A stretch of DNA of 64,000 nucleotides, taken from contig QZKH01000009.1 of the NCBI GenBank assembly GCA_003598025.1, positions 896-64,895 of the forward strand, written 5' to 3'. Positions 45,695 to 55,248 of this stretch are shown piece after piece. The translations under genes and the position numbers were made by a program. Numbering within the stretch: the first letter of the stretch is position 1; the number at the start of each line of letters is the position of its first letter. The stretch comes from Candidatus Omnitrophota bacterium. Lineage in GTDB: Bacteria; Omnitrophota; Gorgyraeia; Gygaellales; Profunditerraquicolaceae. The notes below the pieces were generated by a model. That model was not told the DNA's origin and ran no database searches. It was given only the letters and a program-made list of their open reading frames with translations.

Positions 45695-46200
45695 ATTACG
45701 CCGGTTTCAAATCTTGGCTTAAAGCAGGTCTGTTTTTTATGGCTTTTTTTAGTTTCATGTTGACGGTAAATACTGCTGTTTTTTGTCAGCCGGTATCCAG
45801 CAATGAGCTGATAAATGATGCAAAGAATTATGATAATAAAACAGTAATTTATTCCGGAGAGGCGATTGGCGATTTAATGAAACGCGGTAACTACAGCTGG
45901 ATAAATGTGAGCGATATTGATAACGCTATGGGTGTATGGGCTGAGAACAGCCTTTTGTCCGGCATTAAAATTATGGGGGATTATAAGCACAAGGGAACTT
46001 TTGTCGAGATAACAGGGATTTTTAATAGGGCATGCCCCGAGCATGGAGGGGACATGGATATACATGCCCAGAGTATAAAAATTATATCCCCGGGCAGGCA
46101 GATTAATGAGGGTCTCAACACAAGTAAAAAAGATTTTGCAATTATTCTTTTTGGAGTAATATTGATAATATGGATATTGAGGCTGTTAAAAATTCGCTGA
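45691..46200 (+). CDS. hypothetical exported / C-terminally anchored protein
   Basis: 169 aa, N-terminal signal peptide, C-terminal TM. Overlaps the trkH stop. No recognisable domain. Confidence 0.35.
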   Translation: MNYAGFKSWLKAGLFFMAFFSFMLTVNTAVFCQPVSSNELINDAKNYDNKTVIYSGEAIGDLMKRGNYSWINVSDIDNAMGVWAENSLLSGIKIMGDYKHKGTFVEITGIFNRACPEHGGDMDIHAQSIKIISPGRQINEGLNTSKKDFAIILFGVILIIWILRLLKIR

Positions 46201-47189
46201 ACGAAGAAGTATCGGGGCTTTTATCACAGGAAAGCCTGGAGGCTTTCAGGGTTAAGTATCTAGGAAGGAAAGGTGTTTTAGCCCAGCTGACTTCTTCCAT
46301 CCCAAGCCTGCCCGCAGAAAAACGAAAGGAGTTCGGCAGGGAAGTTAACGAACTCAAGGCCAGGGTCTTGGCTATTATTGAAGAAAAGCAGAGAGCTGTA
46401 TCCGCAGGCGGTCTGGTCCAGCAAGAAAAATTAATTGAGGCAGATGTTGATCTGCCCGGAGAGATGCGTTATTTAGGCAAACTACACCCCGTAACTCAGG
46501 TAATAGATGAGATATGCAATATTTTTGAAAAAATGGGCTTTTCTGTACTCGAGGGTCCTGAGGTAGAAACAGAATTTAATAATTTCACAGGATTAAATAT
46601 ACCCCTTGACCATCCTTCCAGGGATGCTTTCGATACTTTCTATATAAAAAATCATGATAAGCTCTTATTGCGCAGCCATACCTCTCCTGTACAGGTACGT
46701 GCCATGAAAAAACACAAGCCTCCGCTGGCTATTGTCGTACCTGGAAAAGTATATAGGCCTGATGCGGTTGATGCTAGCCATTTATTCATGTTTCACCAGG
46801 TAGAAGGATTTTTAGTGGATAAGTGCGTTTCTTTCTCAGACTTAAAAGGCGCCTTGGAGGTTTTTGTAAAATCCCTTTTTGGGAAAAATATAAAGATGCG
46901 CCTTAGGCCGCACTTCTTCCCGTTTACAGAGCCATCTGCCGAAGTGGATATCTCATGCATTATCTGCCAAGGTAAAGGATGCTCTGTCTGCGGCAGAAAG
47001 GGATGGCTTGAAATATTAGGCTCAGGCATGATCCACCCGAATGTTTTTAAGCATGTTGGTTATGACCTGAATAAATTCAGCGGCTTTGCATTTGGCATGG
47101 GCGTTGAAAGGATTGCGATGTTGAAGTATGGCATAGATGATATAAGGCTGTTTTTTGAAAACGACATAAGGTTTCTGAAACAGTTTTGA
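46170..47189 (+). CDS. pheS: phenylalanine--tRNA ligase alpha subunit
   Basis: Class II motifs, FPFTEPSAEVD. Confidence 0.9.
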   Translation: MDIEAVKNSLNEEVSGLLSQESLEAFRVKYLGRKGVLAQLTSSIPSLPAEKRKEFGREVNELKARVLAIIEEKQRAVSAGGLVQQEKLIEADVDLPGEMRYLGKLHPVTQVIDEICNIFEKMGFSVLEGPEVETEFNNFTGLNIPLDHPSRDAFDTFYIKNHDKLLLRSHTSPVQVRAMKKHKPPLAIVVPGKVYRPDAVDASHLFMFHQVEGFLVDKCVSFSDLKGALEVFVKSLFGKNIKMRLRPHFFPFTEPSAEVDISCIICQGKGCSVCGRKGWLEILGSGMIHPNVFKHVGYDLNKFSGFAFGMGVERIAMLKYGIDDIRLFFENDIRFLKQF

Positions 47190-47228
47190 TCCTGATAGGT
47201 TTGGTGCAAATTTAACTGATACAAGCAT

Positions 47229-49262
47229 ATGAAAGTTACTTACAATTGGTTAAAAGATTACGTGAACATCAAAATGCCAGCCGAGTCATTGGCAGATAAG
47301 CTTACAATGGCCGGGCTAGAGGTTACTTCGCTGTCTCAAAAAGACGGTGATTATGTATTTGAAATAGAGATTACTTCTAACCGCCCGGATTGGCTAAGCG
47401 TAATCGGCATAGCAAAAGAAGTTGCGGCTATAACAAATTCGAAATTTAAGAAGCCGCCTTCAAAAGGCGCGCACTCGTTAAATAGATATATAAATAAAGA
47501 TTTAAGGATAAAAGTCCAGGATCCAGGCGATTGCCCTTTGTATACTGGTACAATAATCCGGGGAGTATCAGTTTTGCCGTCTCCTGGATGGCTGAGGAAA
47601 AGAGTCGAGGCCATAGGCTGCCATAGCGTAAATAATGTAGTTGACGTAACTAATTATGTGCTTTTTGAATATGGACAACCTTTACATGCCTTTGATTTAG
47701 ACAGGCTCAATCTCAATGACGGCATAAACGTCCGCAGGGCAAATGCACAAGAAAATATACTAACTATCGACGGAGAATTAGTATCGCTGGATAAAGGGAT
47801 TCTGGTTATTGCAGACAGCAGATCCCCCGTGGCTATTGCCGGTATTATCGGCGGCAAGAATACAGAAGTCGGCAATGGAACCGTTAATATATTGCTTGAG
47901 GCAGCCGTGTTTAACCAGGCGCTTATCCGCAAGGCGAGACAGAGCCTGGGGATGCAAACAGAATCGTCGTACAGGTTTGAAAGGGGTCTGGATCCGGCAG
48001 TGCTTAAAGAGGCGTCTTTGGCTGCTGTTCAACTTATCAGCCAGGTTTCTAATGGCAAGATTACTGCTTATAGGGCCAGCAGGGAATATAAGATAAAAGC
48101 CAAGAAAATAATTTTTGATCTTAATTATGCAGGTTCCTTTTTGGGGTTTGATATTGGTAAAGTTAAAATAAATAAAACGCTATCGGCTTTAGGTTTTACT
48201 GTAAAGAAATCCGCTAAGGATAAGCTTATTGTAGGCGTCCCGTCGCAGAGGAGGGATATTAATTTAGCAGCAGACTTGACAGAAGAGATAGCCAGGATAG
48301 TCGGATATGATAAGGTCCCTGTGAGCCTGCCGGCTATCAGGCCAAATGCCGGGCAAAATACCGTACGGGTATTATCCGGCAGAATAAAAGAAGCGCTCGT
48401 CGGTTTAGGATTTAATGAGATTATAACATACAGCCTGATAGATAGGGGGTTTCTCAATTTGTTTGGCGATTATGATAACCGGATTGTTGAGATCTCCAAT
48501 CCTTTAAGCAGGGATTTGGGTATATTAAGGCCGACGATAATACCCTCTATAGCAAGATGCATAAGCTATAACTTGAGCCAGCGCCAACCGTTCATCAGCC
48601 TTTTTGAGATGGGTAATGTGTACATAAACGAGGGGCAAGCGGTTAAAGAGCAATTGGTATTAGGGATGACGATGTGCGGCCAAAAGGCGTCTTTTGTCAA
48701 TTCGACAACAGTAAAAGAGATAGTGGGTTTTAGGCATCTCAAGGGGGCAATAGAAAGCCTGTTTAAATTCTTTGATATAAATGAATACGAATTCAATATT
48801 TCCGGGCCCGATTCAGTATCTTTAAGTATTGCATCTATAGAGTGCGGCGCAATCAGAAGGCTCACAGAGAAAGCTTTAAATTCATTAGATATTAAGAATA
48901 GGGATATTTTTATAGCAGAACTTTTCTTGGATAAAATAATCCCGGTTGCCGCCGCAGATAAAACCTATAAACCGCTACCGCTATACCCGGCAATCACCAG
49001 AGATATAAGTTTGATAGTAAAAGATACCACCAATATTGCCGACTTGATCCAAGAAATAAAGAAATGTGCAGGCAAGTTATTAGAAGAGGCAGAGATATCT
49101 GATTATTACCGGGGCCAGCAGATCCCTGCTGGATATAGAAGCCTGACTATATCGTGTTTATACAGGTCTAGCGAGCGCACTTTGACAGATTCCGAGATCA
49201 ATTCCATACACGCTAAGATCCCCGGGGCTTTAGAATCAAGTTTTGATATAAGGATCCGTTAA
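47229..49262 (+). CDS. pheT: phenylalanine--tRNA ligase beta subunit (short form)
   Basis: 677 aa, B3/B4 and FDX-ACB domains. Confidence 0.85.
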   Translation: MKVTYNWLKDYVNIKMPAESLADKLTMAGLEVTSLSQKDGDYVFEIEITSNRPDWLSVIGIAKEVAAITNSKFKKPPSKGAHSLNRYINKDLRIKVQDPGDCPLYTGTIIRGVSVLPSPGWLRKRVEAIGCHSVNNVVDVTNYVLFEYGQPLHAFDLDRLNLNDGINVRRANAQENILTIDGELVSLDKGILVIADSRSPVAIAGIIGGKNTEVGNGTVNILLEAAVFNQALIRKARQSLGMQTESSYRFERGLDPAVLKEASLAAVQLISQVSNGKITAYRASREYKIKAKKIIFDLNYAGSFLGFDIGKVKINKTLSALGFTVKKSAKDKLIVGVPSQRRDINLAADLTEEIARIVGYDKVPVSLPAIRPNAGQNTVRVLSGRIKEALVGLGFNEIITYSLIDRGFLNLFGDYDNRIVEISNPLSRDLGILRPTIIPSIARCISYNLSQRQPFISLFEMGNVYINEGQAVKEQLVLGMTMCGQKASFVNSTTVKEIVGFRHLKGAIESLFKFFDINEYEFNISGPDSVSLSIASIECGAIRRLTEKALNSLDIKNRDIFIAELFLDKIIPVAAADKTYKPLPLYPAITRDISLIVKDTTNIADLIQEIKKCAGKLLEEAEISDYYRGQQIPAGYRSLTISCLYRSSERTLTDSEINSIHAKIPGALESSFDIRIR

Positions 49263-49647
49263 GCTGTTGACGGCAGAAGCATTTCTTAATTAACCTTGCC
49301 ACGGTTGATTTTATAATAATATGTGCTATACTATTATTGTAAATTTGATTAATCCCTGCGGTGCACGTTGGTAAAGATGATTTGTGAACCAACACAAATT
49401 TAGAGGGAACCCACAGCTTCCCTGGGCGCGAGCGTCCAAGGAGAGGGTACCCACCTGAAACCAAAAGGTTCAGTACACATCATATCCAACGGCACGACGC
49501 GGGGATTTTTTTTGAGGCCGCAACTTACGGGATTACAAACAAGGCGTAAAGAAAAAATCCCGAAGCAAATGCTTCTTAGCGCCGGTTATTAATGAAATTC
49601 GTGACGAGAGTTCAACCATTAAATCAGTAAATCAAAATCACCCTCCT

Positions 49648-50958
49648 ATGGACCTATTTAGCCAAACACCGAAAGAAAGCAAGAAAAACTTTCCCTTAGC
49701 TGTAAGGATGCGGCCTTATACTTTAAAAGAATTCGTTGGGCAGGAGCATATTCTTGGAGAGGGTAAAATCTTGAGGCGGGCTATTGAAGCCGACCGGCTT
49801 AGTTCTCTGATTTTATACGGTCCTTCGGGGGTGGGAAAAACTTCGTTAGCCTGGTGTATAGCTAATACCACAAAGTCTGTTTATAAGTCAATTAATGCGG
49901 CTACTTCCAATGTTGAGGAGTTAAGAAAAATAATCTTAGCCGCCAGAAGCTATAAAAAAAATGAATCAAAGAGGACAATCCTGTTTATAGACGAGATTCA
50001 CCGTTTTAATAAAGCCCAGCAGGATGTACTGCTGCCTGATATAGAGGAAGGAAATGTAATTTTAATCGGGGCAACTGTTCATAATCCTTATTTTTATTTG
50101 GCATCAGCGCTTCTTTCCCGTTCCCTGGTTTGTGAGCTTAACCAGTTAAGCGAAGAAGAAATTACAAGGATCATCGATAGAGCGCTGCAAGACAAAGAAG
50201 ACGGTTTAGGCAATATTAAAATTAAGGCGGAGAAAAAAGCAATACAATTTCTGGCCAAAGTATGCGAAGGTGATGCCAGGAGGGCTTTAAATGCCGTAGA
50301 GATAGGGGTGCTTACAACGCCTAAATCAAATGACGGCTCTATTCACTTTACTGTAAAGATAGCCAGCGAGTCCATACAGAAGAAAGCCGTTATTTACGAT
50401 AAGGACGAAGACGCGCATTATGATACTGCTTCGGCGTTTATCAAGTCGATGCGCGGCTGTGACCCCGATGCGGCTATTTATTGGATGGCTAAGATGCTTT
50501 ATGCCGGAGAGGACCCCCGATTCATCGCCCGCCGGATCTGCATATGCGCTGCTGAAGATGTGGGCAATGCCGATCCGCTTGCATTAGTGCTGGCGAATGC
50601 TGCTTTGCATGTAGCTGAATTCGTAGGTATGCCTGAAGCAAGGATACCGTTAGCCCAGGCGGCGATTTATGTTAGCTGTGCGCCCAAATCGAATGCTTCA
50701 TATTTAGCTATTGATAATGCCTTGTCAGATATAAAAAGCGGCAGGGTACAGGAAGTGCCCGGGCATCTGAAAGACGCCTCTTATCCACAGGCAAAGAAAT
50801 TAGGCCGCGGAGAAGGTTATAAATACAGCCATGATTTTCCACAGCATTATGTGGAGCAGAAATATACAAAAGACCCAATAAAGTATTATGAGCCTACCGA
50901 TAATGGCTACGAATCCAAAATAAAACAGAGGATGGAGAAGCTGAAAGGTAAAGAGTAG
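49648..50958 (+). CDS. rarA: replication-associated recombination protein A (AAA+ ATPase RarA/MgsA)
   Basis: GPSGVGKTS Walker A and the MgsA C-terminal domain. Confidence 0.85.
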   Translation: MDLFSQTPKESKKNFPLAVRMRPYTLKEFVGQEHILGEGKILRRAIEADRLSSLILYGPSGVGKTSLAWCIANTTKSVYKSINAATSNVEELRKIILAARSYKKNESKRTILFIDEIHRFNKAQQDVLLPDIEEGNVILIGATVHNPYFYLASALLSRSLVCELNQLSEEEITRIIDRALQDKEDGLGNIKIKAEKKAIQFLAKVCEGDARRALNAVEIGVLTTPKSNDGSIHFTVKIASESIQKKAVIYDKDEDAHYDTASAFIKSMRGCDPDAAIYWMAKMLYAGEDPRFIARRICICAAEDVGNADPLALVLANAALHVAEFVGMPEARIPLAQAAIYVSCAPKSNASYLAIDNALSDIKSGRVQEVPGHLKDASYPQAKKLGRGEGYKYSHDFPQHYVEQKYTKDPIKYYEPTDNGYESKIKQRMEKLKGKE

Positions 50959-50962
50959 GTGT

Positions 50963-51067
50963 TAGTTCATAGTTAATAGTTCAAGGTTAATAGCACGCCC
51001 GTCTATCTATGAACCATGAACTATGAACCCTGCCTGCTCTGCCTGTCGGTAGACAGTGGCAGGCAGG
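50963..51067. repeat. palindromic heptamer-repeat element ((C/T)ATGAAC units in inverted arms) plus adjacent GC hairpin
   Basis: TAGTTCATAGTTAATAGTTCAAGGTTAATAG ... CTATCTATGAACCATGAACTATGAACC, then CCTGCCTGC..GCAGGCAGG. Begins 5 nt after the rarA stop. Confidence 0.6.
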
Positions 51068-51131
51068 TAATATAAATTTCCCTTGTCCTGAAATTTGGAA
51101 AATGGTAGAATAATAAAGGGAATTACTAAAT

Positions 51132-51785
51132 ATGATTATTACTGAGCAGAAACCCTTTGCGCAACTTATAGATATATTAAAAACCGCCAACAAGATTTTT
51201 TTAATCGGATGCGGTGAGTGCGCTACTTCTTGTAAAACCGGCGGTGAAAAAGAAATCGCTGAGCTTAAAGATAAGCTGCAAGCAAGCGGTAAAGAAGTTG
51301 TCGGCAGCTGCATACCAAAAGCCCCTTGTGTTGCCAGCCAACTAAAAGCAGAACTGGCTAAAAACATAAAAGACTTACGTAAGGCAGATTCGATTTTAGT
51401 ACTGGCCTGCGGGTTAGGCGTCCAGTCTGCCAAGGAGAATGACCGTCTCGGATTAGCGGTCCTGCCCGGATGCAATACTTTGTTTGGGGCAGTAATGGAC
51501 TCCCGCGGGAATTTTTACGAAAAATGCTCTTTATGCGGGGAGTGCATATTGGATATTACGGGGGGTATATGCCCTGTTACGATTTGTTCTAAAGGCCTGC
51601 TGAACGGGCCTTGTGGCGGAATGGATAGCGGTAAATGTGAGGTAGATAAAAATAAAGACTGCGCCTGGGTATTAATATATAGAGAATTGGAGAAAACCGG
51701 CAAATTAGCAAATTTCAGAAAAATACAGAAAGCAAGGCAACATACAAAGAGCATCCGGCCTAGAGAGCTGTTGATCAATAAATGA
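51132..51785 (+). CDS. Cys-rich protein, MTHFR C-terminal-domain-like (MetV-like), putative metal/Fe-S binding
   Basis: 217 aa with CGECATSC, CSLCGEC and NGPCGGMDSGKCE motifs. Confidence 0.45.
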   Translation: MIITEQKPFAQLIDILKTANKIFLIGCGECATSCKTGGEKEIAELKDKLQASGKEVVGSCIPKAPCVASQLKAELAKNIKDLRKADSILVLACGLGVQSAKENDRLGLAVLPGCNTLFGAVMDSRGNFYEKCSLCGECILDITGGICPVTICSKGLLNGPCGGMDSGKCEVDKNKDCAWVLIYRELEKTGKLANFRKIQKARQHTKSIRPRELLINK

Positions 51786-51786
51786 T

Positions 51787-52218
51787 ATGGGCGAACTGAA
51801 TTATAGCGAAAAAGTAATGGATCATTTTACCAACCCTCGTAACGTCGGAGAGATACCCGATGCAAGCGGAATAGGTAATGTCGGCAACCCTATATGCGGT
51901 GATGTTATGAGGATGTTTATTAAAGTCGAGGGGGAAGTTATCGTCGATGCCAAATTCAAAACCTTTGGATGCGGAGCAGCAATCGCGACTAGCTCGATAG
52001 CAACGGAATTAATAAAAGGCAAGACCATAGAGGAGGCGCTGAAAATATCTAATAAAGTGGTAGCGGAAGCCCTTGGAGGGCTGCCGCCTATAAAAATGCA
52101 TTGTTCTGTTTTGGCTGAACAGGCTCTTAAATCGGCGATAAAGGATTACTACCAGAAGATCGGCAAAGATACCTCTTTTTTGGAGATTAAGGAAGATCCT
52201 CATCATGGATGCCACTAA
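51787..52218 (+). CDS. iscU: Fe-S cluster assembly scaffold IscU/NifU-like
   Basis: NPICGDVM, FKTFGCGAAIASS and HCSVLA motifs. Confidence 0.85.
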   Translation: MGELNYSEKVMDHFTNPRNVGEIPDASGIGNVGNPICGDVMRMFIKVEGEVIVDAKFKTFGCGAAIATSSIATELIKGKTIEEALKISNKVVAEALGGLPPIKMHCSVLAEQALKSAIKDYYQKIGKDTSFLEIKEDPHHGCH

Positions 52219-52245
52219 AAAACAGGGATTCTTTGATATTGGATT

Positions 52246-52794
52246 TTGGCGATGTTGACAAAGCAAAAGTTACGTAGTAAGATTTTACATAAACTAAAAA
52301 CACAGAAGGAGGAAAACCGAGAGGAAAAAAGTGCTAAAATTAAGCAAAAACTTTTTAAGACTTCGGTTTTTAGAAGGTCAAAAAAAATAATGTTCTATAT
52401 TTCGTTTGATGGAGAGGTTGATACAAAGGAAATGATAAAAGAAGCAAAAAAAATAGGTAAGATTATCGCAGTCCCCGTCAGTTTCTTTAGTAAGGTAATA
52501 AAGCCGTGTATTTTAGGGGCCAAACCTTCCTTAAAGAGAGGCTTATATGGCGTGCGGGAGCCAGCGATTAAAAAAATGATTGATAAAAACGAGCTAGATC
52601 TGATCATCGTGCCGGGCCTTGCTTTTGATAAAAAGGGTAATCGTTTGGGTAGGGGAAAGGGATATTACGATTCTTTTTTAAGTTGCCTCCCCAAGCATGC
52701 TAAAAGTATAGGTCTTGCTTTTGATTTTCAAATCTTACCTTCAATTCCTACCACCAAGCGAGATATAAGAGTCAACAAGGTCATCTTTGCTTAA
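52246..52794 (+). CDS. 5-formyltetrahydrofolate cyclo-ligase
   Basis: GLAFDKKGNRLGRGKGYYD motif of the MTHFS family. Confidence 0.75.
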   Translation: MAMLTKQKLRSKILHKLKTQKEENREEKSAKIKQKLFKTSVFRRSKKIMFYISFDGEVDTKEMIKEAKKIGKIIAVPVSFFSKVIKPCILGAKPSLKRGLYGVREPAIKKMIDKNELDLIIVPGLAFDKKGNRLGRGKGYYDSFLSCLPKHAKSIGLAFDFQILPSIPTTKRDIRVNKVIFA

Positions 52795-52842
52795 TTTTTT
52801 CCCGCATAATAGCATTACCAGACAATAGGAGGTTTATAATAT

Positions 52843-54396
52843 ATGTTAAGTCTAATTTTTATTCCGGTTGCTGCTTTGATTTCGCTTTATGCCGGCTATA
52901 TTTTAAGGAAACATATTGCCGAAAAGAAAATCCAGGATGCCGAATCCAAAGCAAGCTATATACTTGAACAGGCAAAAAAAGAAATTCAGGATAAACGCAG
53001 AGAAGCAGAGTTAGAAGCCAAGGACCTTCTCTACCGCATGCGGCAGGATTTTGAGCGCCAGACACAGGATAGGCGCCAGGAACTCGTTAATGCCGAAAAA
53101 AGGCTGTCTCAAAAAGAGGAAAACATAGACCGCAGGCTCGATCTTTTGGAAAAGAAAGAAAAAGAAATAGACCTGAAGTTAGATAATGCCCATAAGCAGG
53201 AGGAGAACCTAAAGAGCAAAGAGCATCATTTGCACTCTTTGATAGCGGAAGAAAAGGAAAGACTGCAGAAAATCTCCTCTCTGTCGGCTGAAGAAGCAAA
53301 ACAGATATTGCTTAATCGTTTAAATGAAGAGTTGAATAATGAGAAAGGCCTTCTGATCAAAAAGCAGGAAGAGGAGATAAAAACCATAGCCGATAAAAAA
53401 GCAAGAGAGATAATCAGCCTTGCGATACAACGTTGTGCGGCTGAACATACTGTTGAATCTACAGTCAGCGTTGTTAATCTCCCTAATGATGAAATGAAGG
53501 GCAGGGTTATAGGCAGAGAAGGAAGGAATATACGTGCTTTAGAGATGGCGACCGGAGTAGATGTAATTATCGATGATACCCCGGAAGCGGTTACGATTTC
53601 TGCGTTTGACCCGGTAAGGAGAGAGGTCGCCAGGATGAGTTTAGAGAAACTGATAGGCGACGGCAGGATACATCCCGGACGCATTGAAGAAATCGTAGAA
53701 AAGACCAAGAAAGAAATGGATGAGAAGATCCGGGAGGAGGGAGAACGTGCCGTCTTTGATGTTGGCTTAAGCGCTTTCCATCCGGAATTGATAAAGTTGT
53801 TAGGCCGCTTAAGATACAGGACAAGTTTCGGTCAAAATGCATTACAGCATTCTAAGGAAGTGGCATTTATCTTGGGTGCCATGGCTTCAGAGATGGGCCT
53901 GGATTTTAAGCTTGCAAAACGCATAGGCCTGTTACATGATATAGGCAAGGCTATCGACCATCAGGTAGAAGGCACGCATGCCAAGATCGGGGCGGAGCTA
54001 GCCAGGAAGTATAACGAATCGCAAGAGGTCCAGGCGGCGATTGAGGCCCATCATGAAGAGGCAGAACCCTACAGCTTGTATTCAGTCCTTACAATAGCTG
54101 CCGATGCTATCAGCGCAACAAGGCCTGGGGCAAGGCGCGAAACCCTGGAAACATACATAAAAAGGCTCGAGAAACTTGAATCGATAGCAAATGTATTTAA
54201 GGGGGTTGAAAAATCTTTTGCAATACAGGCCGGCAGAGAAATCCGTGTAATTGTCCAGCCGGAAAAGATTACAGATACAGACAGTGTCAACCTGGCCAGG
54301 GATATACGTAAGAAGATAGAAGAGGGATTGGAGTACCCGGGACAAATTAAAGTTACTGTGATTAGGGAAACCAGGGCAATTGAGTATGCCAAATAG
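52843..54396 (+). CDS. rny: ribonuclease Y
   Basis: N-terminal TM, coiled coil, KH domain, HD domain LLHDIGK. Confidence 0.9.
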   Translation: MLSLIFIPVAALISLYAGYILRKHIAEKKIQDAESKASYILEQAKKEIQDKRREAELEAKDLLYRMRQDFERQTQDRRQELVNAEKRLSQKEENIDRRLDLLEKKEKEIDLKLDNAHKQEENLKSKEHHLHSLIAEEKERLQKISSLSAEEAKQILLNRLNEELNNEKGLLIKKQEEEIKTIADKKAREIISLAIQRCAAEHTVESTVSVVNLPNDEMKGRVIGREGRNIRALEMATGVDVIIDDTPEAVTISAFDPVRREVARMSLEKLIGDGRIHPGRIEEIVEKTKKEMDEKIREEGERAVFDVGLSAFHPELIKLLGRLRYRTSFGQNALQHSKEVAFILGAMASEMGLDFKLAKRIGLLHDIGKAIDHQVEGTHAKIGAELARKYNESQEVQAAIEAHHEEAEPYSLYSVLTIAADAISATRPGARRETLETYIKRLEKLESIANVFKGVEKSFAIQAGREIRVIVQPEKITDTDSVNLARDIRKKIEEGLEYPGQIKVTVIRETRAIEYAK

Positions 54397-54465
54397 TTCA
54401 TGGCTTATGGTTCATAGTTCATAGTCAGAGCAAGCGAGCAGTTTCTATGAACAATGAACTAACTA
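54394..54465. repeat. palindromic heptamer-repeat element ((C/T)ATGAAC units)
   Basis: TAGTTCATGGCTTATGGTTCATAGTTCATAG ... TCTATGAACAATGAACTAAC. Starts on the rny stop codon. Confidence 0.6.
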
Positions 54466-54468
54466 ATT

Positions 54469-55248
54469 ATGAAAATATTATTTATCGGCGATATAGTCGG
54501 AAGCCCCGGAAGAGAAGCCATAGAGAAACTATTACCAGGGGCTAAAGAAGAATACGGCGTTGATTTTGTTATAGCAAATGCTGAGAATGCGGCAGGAGGT
54601 TCCGGGATTATACCCAGGATCGCAGCTCAGCTTTTTGACGCCGGAGTCGATGTTTTGACTTCCGGAGACCATATCTGGAAAAAGAAGGAGATCTTTGAAG
54701 TGATTGACAAGGACAGAAGGATCCTGCGGCCTTGTAATTTCCCCGACGGTACGCCTGGTTATGGCTGGGGAGTTTTTAGCGATAGAAAGGGTAATAAGGT
54801 CGGGGTAATCAATGTAAACGGCAGGGTTTTTATGGATCCGCTTGAATGCCCTTTTAGAGCTACATTAAAATGTTCCGAAGAAATCGCAAAAGAAACAAAG
54901 GTAGTTATTGTTGATATGCATGCCGAGGCGACTTCGGAAAAAGTCGCCCTTGGATGGTATCTTGACGGCCATGTATCAGCTGTTCTTGGCACGCATACGC
55001 ATATACAGACTGCCGATGAAAGGGTTTTACCTAAAGGGACGGCTTTTATAACAGACGTAGGCATGACCGGACCTTGCGATTCTGTGATTGGAAGGAAAGT
55101 GGAAGATGTTCTGCAAAGGTTCCTTACGCTTATTCCTACCAGATTTAATGTCGCTGAAGACAATGTTAAGATGCAAGGCGCCATTGTTGATATAGATGAA
55201 AATAACGGTTTAGCCAGGAGCATTTTAAGGCTGCAAAAGGGGTATTAA
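54469..55248 (+). CDS. ymdB: YmdB-like metallophosphoesterase (2',3'-cyclic-nucleotide phosphodiesterase family)
   Basis: MKILFIGDIVG and GDH/GTHTH metal motifs. Conserved rny-ymdB linkage. Confidence 0.8.
   Translation: MKILFIGDIVGSPGREAIEKLLPGAKEEYGVDFVIANAENAAGGSGIIPRIAAQLFDAGVDVLTSGDHIWKKKEIFEVIDKDRRILRPCNFPDGTPGYGWGVFSDRKGNKVGVINVNGRVFMDPLECPFRATLKCSEEIAKETKVVIVDMHAEATSEKVALGWYLDGHVSAVLGTHTHIQTADERVLPKGTAFITDVGMTGPCDSVIGRKVEDVLQRFLTLIPTRFNVAEDNVKMQGAIVDIDENNGLARSILRLQKGY

Noticed and set aside
49213-49464. 83-aa minus-strand ORF in the pheT-rarA spacer
   Set aside because: No RBS or homology. It lies in a structured non-coding region and was treated as part of the candidate ncRNA region instead.
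49263-49647. Tested the spacer for RNase P RNA, tmRNA and SRP RNA hallmarks
   Set aside because: Conserved blocks (GGAAAGUCCGG for P4, the tmRNA 5' GGGG...ACGGG and 3' T-arm/CCA, the SRP GGUGCUG...AGCAG) are not present.
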